The position numbers and the translations under genes were made by a program. The notes below the pieces were generated by a model. The model was not told the DNA's origin. It searched no databases and saw nothing but the letters and a program-made list of their open reading frames with translations. Source: Phoronis australis (lineage: Eukaryota; Animalia; Phoronida). From it: DNA of 64,000 nt. Of the stretch, positions 48,224 through 60,383 are shown in pieces (the stretch's first letter is position 1; every line of letters begins with the position of its first letter). The stretch covers positions 43,335 to 107,334 of the forward strand of contig NMRA01000459.1 of assembly GCA_002633005.1 (NCBI GenBank), in the 5' to 3' direction.

Positions 48224-49903
48224 AGGAGAATGCCACCAGATTTAATTAGTCTTTTTGCCGTCTTAATCGGTCTATATCCACATCGACTCGCATACGGTTG
48301 ATCTTACCTTGCCAAGAGGTGTCGCGTTAACCTGTGAGGAAGGTGAGAAACGGCGCCAGCGACGTCAGTGGTTCTTATGCAGAGTGAATGCCGCTATGTT
48401 GCGGTGCATCGTTCCCGCTTGTCCGAACTAAGCAGCTGCCAGGAAAGCGGGTATATCGTTTTTTTACTTCCTCGAGAGTCCGAAATGCTTAGGAAGTGGC
48501 TCATGGTAGTGAAGAATGAAATGTACGCTGTAAATAGCAAGTATGAGGCCGTGAAACATCTCCGTGTCTGTGGCCTGCAGACGTTCACAGTGCCTCACGA
48601 ATGCCGACTTACCAAATAACTCCTTACGTTTCGTTGTCTGAGCTTGTTGACGGAGCCTCTCTAGTATTTCTTCATCACTGTATTCGTGTTCGAATTGATA
48701 GCCTGTAAAACTTAACGATCCACCCGCGAAGTCGGGACTGATGAGCTCTAGCTCGTCCTAAGTCGGGATTGCGAGTTGCCATGTTGGTGTTTATTACTGA
48801 GCGTTCTGTTTCAAAATGAATTATTCTCACCCTAACCAGTACATATATAAGACTGAAACAAAGTCTGTCTCATTAGATGCAATTTGTGATGCCTTTGGAG
48901 TGTTCGTGAGTGCAAATAATTTGGGGAGCCAGCAATGAATAAATCACTGCGTAACCGGCTTTAGGCACAATAAAACTAATTAACGGGACACCGAGGCCGT
49001 GTGAGCTCATGCCAATTTAGTGTTTGCCGGCAGAAACTGTTGTGAAGCAACTCGATTGCCATCCCACGGCCAGGCGTTAGGGGAATCTTTATTTACATTT
49101 ACATTACTCAAATAATGATTGTCAATGTACAACTTATGCCCTGACGGTGCTGTGGCTAAAGCGGAACCTGAATTCGCGGCCCCCGACGAGTAAGTAGACT
49201 CAGTTTCGTGGCTAATTCACCAACATAGTCACGTGAACATTACTTTAGCTCACTAGTATAGTTTTTTCGTGACTGGAAGTTTAGTTTCCACTGAACTTTG
49301 GCTGGTTTATGTTCGTGATGTCTGATCAGTTTCCGAGCCACTGGCCGGGATAATTACGAGTCAATCCGGCCGGCCGCGACGCTGGGGCCTGATCGGGCTC
49401 CGAGCCACTAGCCAGGATAACAAGCGTTTTGTGTTTAGAACTCAAAAATCACAAGCCTAAACAACACAGATCTAAGTTCTTCTGTCTGTATCTCACGGAA
49501 AATACTTCGAAATTATCTCCGAACACACCCTAAACTCCTGCTACGGACCTTATTGGCCTGCCGAACTTTGTAGGCTACGGTGTGACCAAATACCAATAAA
49601 TCCGTAAGAGCGAAATAAAACAACACATTTTCATAAGAACTCAGTGTATTTTTAAGGGTTTTACATCGAAGTTTGATGATTTATTGGTGTTAAACGATGA
49701 CTTCAAGCGATAAGCTGACACCAGTAACCCGTGTTGTGAACTGCTGAACAGACTGCGTGTGAAATCGATGACGTCATTGAATAATTTCAACACCTCCGTG
49801 TGCCGTCAGGTGTCAGGTAACGCAACAGTACGTGTCGTTATGGAGTAGAACTACTCGATCTAAATTGATTCAAATTAGGTTGTTTTTTGGGCTGCATGCT
49901 CCT
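48224..49903 (-). mobile_element. Kolobok non-autonomous copy 3 (inverted relative to copies 1 and 2)
   Basis: TTAA|AGGAGAATGCCACC...GCATGCTCCT|TTAA. THAP-like ORF 48368-48619 (+) is nearly identical to that of copy 2. Confidence 0.9.
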
Positions 49904-52900
49904 TTAATACAATCCTGTCACAAACAAACAACACTAGACGAATAACACCAACCAAACTACTACGTCAAGGTCCTCTGTTAAAAGTAATATAACAAACGCC
50001 ATTTTGTTCGCTGATGCATTTGATCAAATATCTTAAGACATTACTATACTCGTCGTATATCGCTTAAAAAAACAGATGATGCATTTTATCAACATTGCCC
50101 GTCTAACTCAGGTGGACGCCTAACATAGTGATTGCGTGCTTCAGCAAAGCGTAAACCGCAAGGCATGCTGAGATGTCTGAAAGGTGTTAAAAATATATCA
50201 ATAAATTAGGAAACGATGTTGCAGAACGGGTGAGCCAGTCTGCAGCAGGAAATCACAGTTTTTTTTTTCGTTCTACAGGCAGTCATAACTTTACTTTGTT
50301 TGTGTTAAGTGAAAGAGGCAACGCAGAGTTCAAAAGAGGTATACCTTGTCTGAAGAGAATTGTCAAGGCAGCGAAAATTAAGTAGGCCTACTGGTTGTTT
50401 ACGTTTGAAATTGCCTAAAACAAGTTAGTCTCCTTCAGGGCTTATTACGCCTAGAGAGTTTCTTCCTAAAAAGATTCGCAGCACCATTTGATAACGAGGA
50501 ATACTTATACATGTATACTCGTAGGAAAAAGTAAAAATATTGCGGGTGGAGATTGTCACAAACTAATTTGCCTTCTGCAGATATTCGTACAAGTAGTCCC
50601 AAATTTCAGATTCTTCCTTATCGTCACCACTTCCAACCCCCTGGTCGTCGACAATTCCGTTCCTCACCACCGCCATAGGCGTGCCGAATTCACTTTTTCG
50701 GGGGGGGGGGTATGGTACCCCTATTTATGAGGAATAGTCACTTTTAGACCGGAACTCATTTACGTATGTCATGCGCTTAAGGTAATGCTTTTGACCCGGC
50801 TTAGACGAAATATCAAAATCACTCATGAGGGGCGAGGATTTAAAAGAAATGTAAGAAACTTCTACCGCGAGCCGCAGAATTGCGAGAATACGAGGATAAT
50901 AAACGGGACATCGTCATTTTCGGTTGTAGTTTCGTCTATTCATAGAATGTAAATAAGAACCCAACTCAGACGGGCCAGATTATTGGGGTCATGCATGTCG
51001 CTGGAGGTATATGCACACTTTGAATTAGCCATTCGCTGGTTGCTTGATACACTGCAGATGCAGGTCCCGTCAGAAAAACTTTATTGAAACACGGCTACCC
51101 AAGTCTTTGGTGGCTACCTTCCCCTGGGATGGGGAGGGGGGGGGCAAATGACTTAGAACTTACCAAAGTTTATCAACATACGTCAAAATTTACCAAAACA
51201 CCAATTGATTTTTTAGAGGATTATATCGGATGGAACTCATCTGCTACACTTTGGTGCTGGGTGGAAGGCGACATAGTTGTTATGAAGGAGGTTCGATGTC
51301 CATTTAAGTTCAATGAACCATTATCAATTTGTTTCAAGACTGCTAAAGATGTGAATTAATTTATTTTTGAAAAACTATGCAACAATTTTCTCGGAATTTT
51401 TCGAATGTTACCATTTAGGATTAAGAGCGATTTTTGAGAGTCACAAACATTTTTAAGTCTGCTCTGTACCAGTTTTGAGTACATCTAAACCTACTGTCCA
51501 CTTCCAACAGTTATGTTCTTTTTGTCCTCATGTCCATTTTGGACTACTATGTCCATTTTGGCCCATTGTGTCCATTTTGACCAACTATTACCCATTTTTA
51601 CCTGTTGGAACCATTTTCGAACTTGAATTTATTTTTTCACCATTAGTAATGAAATAATTTGTATTTTACATGTAATGAGTTAAAATTGGCACAACTGGTC
51701 AACATGGAATTGGTAAGTCTTGACTCCATTTCAACCCATTTTTTTCGATTATTTTGTAGTACAGGTACTCACTTTGAAAGAGCTCTAATACGCTCGTTTC
51801 AAAAGTTTTGCCGCATTAGTTCTATGGGTTGGCTCTAACAATATAAAATACTGGCTTTCAAAGACCTCTGATAGCTTAATTAAAAACTTTGATTTAGTGA
51901 AAATGTTTCTTTGTACAATATGAGGTGAAGGTACTATCCTCTGGCTTGTCAAGGCTGGCATGTCATTTTATACGCTGAGCATGGCCCCAAGGAATATTCC
52001 ACCTGAGTAAGGAACAAGCTGACTCCAAATGCATAGTGGTTTAAATAAAAGATGAATTATTTGGACGGAACGAGTTTTATAGACCCTTTAATGATGCATA
52101 GTCTCATTAAATTGTGAATATGCAAATGAAGTACTACTTTACAAACAACCCCGGGTCTCGGCCTCCAGTGTGCTGAAAACTATCCGGAAACCTTTTACTA
52201 TTTCAATTTTACGAAAGTCTCATTTTGCGAGACTATTTTTGTGTAAATGAGTAAGTGGTAATATTTGGTCAAGGCGGACAAACACCCGATGCCGGTCACA
52301 AAAAAATGATATCTGGCTCACTCGACCGACACTCCTCACAGTGACCACAACGAAAGCATTCGTTCTGTAATTTCAATTTGCCGTCATCTTGGACATTTTG
52401 CGTCTCTAGTAGCGCAAATTCTAGGTATCTGCACACACTTATGGTCCACATTTCTAAGGACGACACGAGAATCTCTCGAAAACCCCCACAGTATTGTCGT
52501 TACCCTAATGAAACAAGGCACAGTTTTTAAGATTTGTTTATTTCATTATCAAATAACGATTGCGTAAAAATTGGAATTACAAGGGTTTTTATACGTTGAC
52601 ATTTCTTTTCAAGTGTATCAGTGGTGGTGTTTTCTTCAAAACTGCAATTTATTTACAAATTGTTTTATTTCCTGATTATACTTGTGCACACAGTTCTCCA
52701 GGAAGTCAGGTGACGCTTGTTACACATTTAAATATTCCCGCGCTTAATGAGACATAGCATCGTTAACAAACTGTTATGTTATCATTCATCTATGTGTCAC
52801 CAAAATGTTTCTTGTTAATCTATTTAGGGCAAAAAAGAATTGTATATCCAAAATCAACAATTGCAAATATAATTGATGAAAGAAATTAATCTTACACATC

Positions 52901-53689
52901 AAAAAAAAAAAAACAAAAGAAAAGAAATAAACAGGTAAGAAAAACAAAATTTCTATTTCAATTGAATGCTTCGAGACTTTCAAAGCGAGTCTCTGAGGAA
53001 GTCCGGCCCTCGTGTTTGATCATCGGCCAACAGGCTATAGCATCGGCTATCGCGTTTTGGGTCCGGAGTGAGGCCAACCCATTTTGAAGTCCAGACAAAA
53101 CGTTTGATCACCGGCCACTTGGTTTTGCAGTCCAGCCGACTGGTTTGAAGTCCGATCAAGTGGTTTAATTGAAGTCCGACTAATTGTTGATTCCTTTTGA
53201 CTTGGCAAAGAAAAACAGGCCAAGAAACTATACTTAGTGTGGCTACGCCTGCTTCTTTTATTCTGCTCACGTGATCTCCACGTGTCAGCGTAGTGTTAAA
53301 GGCAAATAGCCACTCTTCTTTAATTGTTGGGTATAATTTTTGCTTTAATTACATTGTTTTCGGGGAAATTATCCGGTAAGTGGAAATTAAACGTTTAGAG
53401 TCAGAGTACAAGAAGCTCGCAGAATCCAAAACAAACGAAACAAACTCTCGGTGACGATTCTGTTATGCAAAAGTGGTATGGCCGCGACAACGTTTCTATA
53501 AGTTAGGCTACAGCAGACGCCATTATATCATGTGCCAATACATGTCATATGGCCGCGCGGGCTAAAGTGGCTGATATGTACCCTTATTCCTCATTACCTT
53601 TTTTAAGATGGTGTTCTGGTTATTTTATGGAATGGCAGACTATTTGTTGGGAACGCGTTTATAAACAACCAAGGCACTTGAATTGTGTG

Positions 53690-53759
53690 CATGGGCGGCG
53701 CAACACTGAAGAAAGTGGAGGGGCTATAGCTCCCAACCCCCTTTGGTGCGCCGCCCATG
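53690..53759 (-). mobile_element. 70-bp MITE monomer, same family as 46857-47000
   Basis: GTGTG|CATGGGCGGCGCA...TGCGCCGCCCATG|GTGTT (TSD matches at 4 of 5 bases). Confidence 0.75.
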
Positions 53760-56700
53760 GTGTTAAATTTGTTGGCACATATCACTACACGAAAGATTCG
53801 TCATGTTTTAAGCTATCAATGCACTAAAGTTTTTAAAATAGTTTACGTGTCAGTCCAAAAATATAGTCGAGGCCCCGGCCCATTACAGTAGTCCTCATGT
53901 TGTTCATTTGTAGACGCGATGCTGAAACTATGTTCTGCTGTAGAATGAAACTTCACTAGTACTAGTACGAATGTTTATTGTAGATGAAGTTTGGTTTAGT
54001 GACTAAAGGGAATTCAACAATTTAGGTTGAAGGTGAACCCATATGGCCTCATTTACTTTTCTGACGGAAAATTCATACTGACTCCTAATGTGTCTAGTAC
54101 ACATGCGAACTTGGTGTGTATGTTTTATTCACAAAATGCAATCGATTTCATTGTAGAATGGACCTATTTCATTGCAATGTTCTATCGAGAACGTATTCGT
54201 GCACCATTACTGTCATCCACTATGTTACTTTAAGAAAATGAAATATCTAAGAAAATGGGTAATTCTACAAATAACAGCAAATTTAAAACGTGAAAATTAC
54301 TCAGGTAAGTAAGGTTATCGAAGTTAATGCAAGCACAACGTTGGGGGTAAAACACGAGAAGGGCACTGGGATTACCTTTCGGGTTCACTTCGTTCCTTTC
54401 CGTGCATAAATTTTTCGCATTCGATTGGTCACCTTTGATAAAATCAAGCTCCAGCGCGTGACCTTTGTTCATAATTGATAACTTTTCGATTACAAACGAT
54501 CGTCTATTTCAATGCATTCGAAATAGCAGAGGACGATCTCAATGACGTGTTCGCACGCCCATTGGAAACCCGTACCTTAAAAATTCCATTAGCAAATTAG
54601 GACAAAAATCTAAGTTCCAAATCAAATAGATAGCATATCCATCTGTTCGAACGTGTTCTTATTGTTTAAAGATATAAATTGGATAATACATATGTAGTTC
54701 GAGCAGAGGTGGTCGCAGCTGTGTTCGCGAGTCTGAATGCTATCACAGTTAGCGCCACCTGTCTACGTCGGATATTCTTTCATCATTGATGCTCCTTTTG
54801 TGTAAAGTTAAACCGTGAAAAATATCCTTTGTAGGCCTGTTCATGGCTGTACTTCCGTTCCCGAATGCACTTCTTGTTTAAACTAAACATGACGTCAGCT
54901 GCTTTTTGAAGGTCAATGAAGTACTACTTTTCTGTGCGGGCCGTCATGCGCAGTGCCCGTTTGAATAACTAACGAAGAAGTAATTCATAAAAAAAATCAA
55001 TTGCGTGTTTGTGCGTACCACAGATAAACAAATGAAAACGCTGGATAATATATATCAAGTACAGGGTATCTGAACCTAATATCACCAAGTTCAAGAACCT
55101 TTTCTTAAAGGTAAAATGTGTTTGTATACCACTATGTAATCATTGACTCACAAGCCCAATGGCCTGGGTGTATTTTTTAAATTCTAAGTTAACTGAGTTG
55201 TTTAAATTTAAGCACATGCCACTTTAATGTACAAATATAATACTGGGCAACTCAAAATACCTCACCAAGTACAGGGCATCTTGATTCAGCCAATAGTGAG
55301 GATTTTGTTCTAATTTTAAAATTCTAAGAAAAAATGTCATACCGACACACAAACAACAAAACATTCCAATCAGGGCGATCAAAAGCGTTCACAAGAAGAT
55401 ACATTTCAGATTAACATGTTATCATGAAAAATGACGAATTGTACTTAATTTCCACAGGAGTTTTACTTTTATCGACACCCCTTAGCAACACGTCACGAAC
55501 GAGTGGAAGCATCCATTCAAGTTCTCCAATTAACTGAGTGTATGCCACCAGTAAACACTGATAGACCTGGGTTATGTTGCATAGACCGCAAGACAGTAGC
55601 TAGCACTCGTGGCTAAAAGTCTTCACTTATGAAACGGAAATACTTAATTCAATCCCATAATTCAACTTCGCCCACCAATCACTGAAAGCGGCAACCATTT
55701 TGCTATAGAGGTTAGTAAGATCCCAAGCATACATGTTCATGTATTCGCGAAAAGCTAATTTTTCACTCGCGTGATTTTGTGAAGCCTTGCGAGATCTTGC
55801 TTCAATTGCAAGAAACTTGGTTTACTAAGCCAGGGTGGGTCGGTGCGGGTAAAGAATGACCAGTGTTAGTCGACTAATTTTGCCCAACCAATAACTGCTT
55901 TCAGGAACCGTATCTCTCAAGAGCCTCTCTTGACCATGGCAAAAATAACAGAAAATAACAAAATGAAAATGGGTTTGATCGGAAAATTAGAACACTCGAT
56001 CAATCAGTCCAGTGAACAACTTGAAATACTCAGTTCAAAGTCAAGCGAGTCCTGTGAAATCTCGGGACCCAAAGTTTGGCACAAGAAAGCACGAATCACG
56101 CGCAAGCCTGAGCGTTGGCAATCCAGTTTCTTAAGTTCTATAATTGTGAAAATGGAGGTAATCGGTCAAAATTAGACATAATGGGTCAAAAAGACATAAA
56201 TAGTCATAATGGCGTAATTGTTAGCGCACTCATTTATTTCTAGCACAGATGGTGTAATGGGGTGAGTGATACTTTCTTATTTTCACCAACAGTGATTTTT
56301 TTCTATATGTTGCCACAATGGCAAGCGTCACTACGTTCTTCCTCCCACTCGCCATTTTCACCCTCGTCATTCTCACTGTCATATAGAGGGCGCTACGTAG
56401 TTCTGTGGCGTGTTTCACTAAAAGGTCGACACTTTAAAGACGTTTATTAATGAGAATTTACTCAATACCATGCGACAAAGGCTCCAAATTATTATCGTTT
56501 AAATCACATCCGTGTGAGAAACTAACGGCCGCTTGCATGAAGCAGTCCCAATAGGCACTCCGCTTTGTCCCTTAAGTTTCCAGCGCATTTGTAGACTTTG
56601 TTTACGGACTAATGTTATTAGCCTTTGGCTAAAGCATGCTTTTTATTTAAACCTATTGCAGCTTATCCTCTATAAATAAAGTTTATCATTACTATTACTA

Positions 56701-57356
56701 TTACTATTATTATTCATTACGGTAAATGTTCTAATTTTTCGTCGCTTTAACTTTAATATGAACTTTGTTTTACTTGTGACATTTTGTAAGTAACATGAAG
56801 TATTCAACGTAGAGTTTACCATGGATTCGTTGTTACCTCTTACTTTGAGCTCGCGAACCGTTTAGACACGTACATGTATTCTGTTAATTTAGAAGGATTT
56901 CGAAGAATACCGCCAACACGTTATTGGAAATGTATTTTGTTTTTCGCCCATATATGGCTTGTCGATGCAGACAAAGATTGTAATTAGGTTTGGGTACATG
57001 TATATCAACGAAAATGGAAATCTTCAAAAGCAGAGACTAATTAAAATATTCGTAAATTAGGTACTTCACTAAATACTTTGTCTAGATATTTGTAGATTCA
57101 AACTGCAAGTCAGCGGGATACCCATCCTGTAAAAATCTAGCTTTTGGAACTCCTTGCAAAAGAGAAATGGTACAGAAGTGGGAAAAATATGATGAAATTG
57201 AATAATGGCTTATTGTACATTTATAGCTATATAAGGCGAATCAAGTCATTAAACCGCGTTAATTGCGCCACTTTCTTTCAACGAGAATCGCCATTTAATA
57301 TGTAATCCGCTGTCAACATCAAAATTATTATCCACCGATGATGGAAAGGAACAATT

Positions 57357-57573
57357 CTAATTTGCTAAGTAGGGCAGAACATAATTCCATTGGAAAACCA
57401 CTCCATCTCCAGGTTGAAGAGCGGCTTTGTCTATTGTGATTGACAGCAGTTCCTGACGCGTAGCAACAACCACCAAAGCAGCGTCTTTTGCGTCTTTTGG
57501 AACGAATGCGTTTTCCGGGTTCGTGAAATCGACCGCAACACTTTCATTTCCGAAGTTAATAGTAACCAAGAAC
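57357..57573 (-). CDS. SLC3-family (4F2hc/rBAT-like) heavy chain, terminal coding exon
   Basis: Acceptor ..ttacag|G TTC completes the AG/G Arg codon. FLVTINFGNES..LQPGDGVVFQW..* matches the GH13 domain C pattern (4F2hc RFLVVLNFGD). Confidence 0.85.
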
Positions 57574-57788
57574 CTGTAATTATATTGAAATAGATAAATC
57601 ACAAAATTTGTCTTTGGAACGTCTTCAAAGTTTACACCATACAGAAAATAGAATAAGAAAGTTACGGTAGCTCTGTTTTGTTTTAGGTGGAAAAGCAGCA
57701 ATTACTTTAATCGTCAGCGGTACAACACGTCAACAATTGGGTCGAGTGGTCCTGACGTACTAATTGGTTCCTACGGTTTAATTTTTAC

Positions 57789-57946
57789 CTCTTTTCTCCA
57801 TCCCATGTACGGAAGAATGAGAGGACGTTGTCATTTCGGCTGACGAATGTGATATTTCTGTTTCTGAGACCGCCATCTTGGCGCAAGCGCCCAAGCCCCT
57901 TGAAAATGTTCAGCGGAGAAAAGTCGTATTGCTCTTGAGTTTCAAC
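57789..57946 (-). CDS. SLC3-family heavy chain, penultimate exon
   Basis: tttttatag|GTTGAA...AAGAG|gtaaaa, 158 bp: VETQEQYDFSPLNIFKGLGRLRQDGGLRNRNITFVSRNDNVLSFFRTWDGEK(R). The phase-2 junction fits the next exon. Not in the ORF track. Confidence 0.85.
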
Positions 57947-58568
57947 CTATAAAAATAAAAAAATAACTGCCACTGCAATTTCTACTGTTTTCACAAAAAT
58001 CTCATTGAACGACAGAGATGTGAGGCAATCGGGAGGCCAACAATCAATATATCCAACTTGTGAAGATACTGGCCGCTGGTACATGTAGCACCAAATCTAA
58101 CCTTTGAATTCTCTGACTAACTTTGCCATCTGTCCATAAAGATTTAAGCTTTATTGACAGCCAAATAACCCAATAAAATATCTACTTCCAGCTGAAGGTG
58201 TGCTGAATGGACACATACCTTTAGTTGAAAACGTTAATTGTTGACTTACACTTTGGACAATCAGCCAAACAGTCACTGTTGTTAATTTTGACCTTAAAAT
58301 GACTTCCACGTCATTAGGTCATTGCCACGTTTAGCGCGCCGATTGCTAGAAACACATTGACGTCAGTGAAACATGGTCAGCAATTGTATCATGTAACGAA
58401 CAACGTCAGTGAACTGAAAACTTGGCAACCTGTGACATGTCGGGTATAATTAATACGCGCCGGTCAAATATCGTACAGTATACACGTAGCCGAATCGCTC
58501 TTTCCCAACCACACAGAAGCTTCTCGCCGAGCTGTCCAGCACGGCGTGTACATTATAAATGAACCCAC

Positions 58569-58634
58569 CGTGTCATTACGCTCAGCTGACTCAGTACTGT
58601 TCCATTTCATCAAAATTCCATCAATGTCCTTACC
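58569..58634 (-). CDS. SLC3-family heavy chain, 66-bp exon
   Basis: ctattgttttag|GGTAAG...GACACG|gtgggt encodes GKDIDGILMKWNSTESAERNDT, where MKWN corresponds to the GH13 MQW motif. Phase 0 at both ends. Confidence 0.7.
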
Positions 58635-60223
58635 CTAAAACAATAGAAAAGTTCAGTATCATTATATATTAATTTGCTTACGCATTTCTGTCATTTCATT
58701 TTACGCAAGAACGCGCTTTGACACAGGTCCACAAAACGTTGAACCCAGAGATGATGAACAACAGCACGCGTTAGTGCTGTAAACAGTAATAATACAGAGA
58801 GATAATGGTTTTCTTTCTTAGTTAAGATTACCACGACTCAAAACATATCGTGTGCACCACCACTGTCGTTGTCAACTATCAGTGTGCAGTAGGTCGATTT
58901 ATCTAAATCGAGTATTGCTTAGTCCGTAATTAGTATTGAAAAGTGCGTTTATTACTTGGGAACCGTTTTTGATATTGCCAGAACAAACATTTGTATATAA
59001 TATGTTGAAATACATGTAGTTAGTTATGCTTCTGGCACTGCATGATTGTGGGGGGCCAAGCCAAGAATAGCAACTTGTTACCGAAAAGTTTGTTGACAAC
59101 ATATCGGTGCTCTTTTGTGCCCCAGGCTGGGCTCATCGACTAAAAAGGTACGCCATTATCAATTTCAGCAAAGATCTCATGTTTTTATTTCAGAAACTTA
59201 TCATTTTGAATGACATATTCTTATTAGGCATACATTGATTTTCAAAAGTGGGGCCGCTTGTATTCATATAGGAGGCCTCATCTGAAGGCGGCCAAAAAGA
59301 AGGTCGCGTGATATTAATTTAGTGCACACACCAAGCGGCCAAAAAGCGAGGCTCCTTGTATTAATATTGTTAATACAGGAGCCCCGCTCTTACTGGTCTT
59401 CAGGCGCGGCTCCTATATTAATGTAAAGGCTTCACGTCTGTTATAATCAGAATAAGTGATCAAAATAATAATCTTTGTTTGGAAAGCTGCACAAGAGTAG
59501 CCTAAGCAAGATTTGAAACGCCAGGATAATTTGCTAAGCGATGAGTGAAAAAGCAAATCTCGTATCATTTTTGATGTCTCTGAAAGATTTTATATCAGTA
59601 ATTACCTAAACAATACCAAACCATGGACTAGAATTAAAAAAGACAAAACTTAGTATGTAGGCTTTTTGGCCTAAAACGCTTGATTGTTTATAATGGTTTA
59701 GTTTCAAGTTTTCCGTAAAGAGGTCGCTAGCTTATTTGACATTAACGTTGGCATAAAAAATTTACAACACGTTTCGCATGCGTCAAGTAGGGTTTATACA
59801 TGAGAATTGATTATTGGATTTAATCATTTCCTTCATCCACATAATTTTCATGTACGAAGAACCCACATAATGTTTTCTGAAACAGATGGCAATTTCTAAC
59901 ATTGGGAAAAGTCAATAAATGAGGATCGATTCAGTTTCAATTGAGCATTACATTCTTTAAACTTTCGTATTTTGTATTTTGTCTAGTACAAATCCGAAAA
60001 AAGCATGAGGATCACCGAATTAGCTTTCCATAACATCCGTCTAAACAGATGCACCCCTGCAGAAATCTGTGGGTTACTGATAACACAACTCTAATTAACT
60101 TGATTGAAATCCCATTGCAAACGGGTTCATTTCGTTGCAGATGTAAGTTTTGCGTTTTAACGACGTAAATTGTTTCTCCAAGTTTAATGATATTCTAAAC
60201 ATGTATTCCTAGATTTTGTGTAC

Positions 60224-60383
60224 CAGTGGCGGATTTAGAGGGGGGGCCAAGGGGGTATGACCCCCCTCTAAAATTCACCTAGATTCCATTGGGCAGTTCG
60301 GGGGTGAGAATGTCTGAAGGGCAAAATCCTGGCCAATACTCTGCGACCCCCCCTCCTAACACATAATCCTGGATCCTCCCATG
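60224..60383 (+). mobile_element. GC-rich hAT-type MITE in the SLC3 intron
   Basis: TGTAC|CAGTGGCGGATTTAG...GGATCCTCCCATG|TGTAC. Related to 18872-19028. Confidence 0.65.

Noticed and set aside
59040-59140. Acceptor-like cctttttag followed by a short open frame in the SLC3 intron
   Set aside because: The translation shows no GH13 similarity and the exon is not needed for frame continuity.
60090-60140. Minus-strand LQWD motif as a candidate SLC3 exon
   Set aside because: In-frame stop shortly after and no acceptor. The 58569-58634 exon supplies the MxW motif with proper splice sites.
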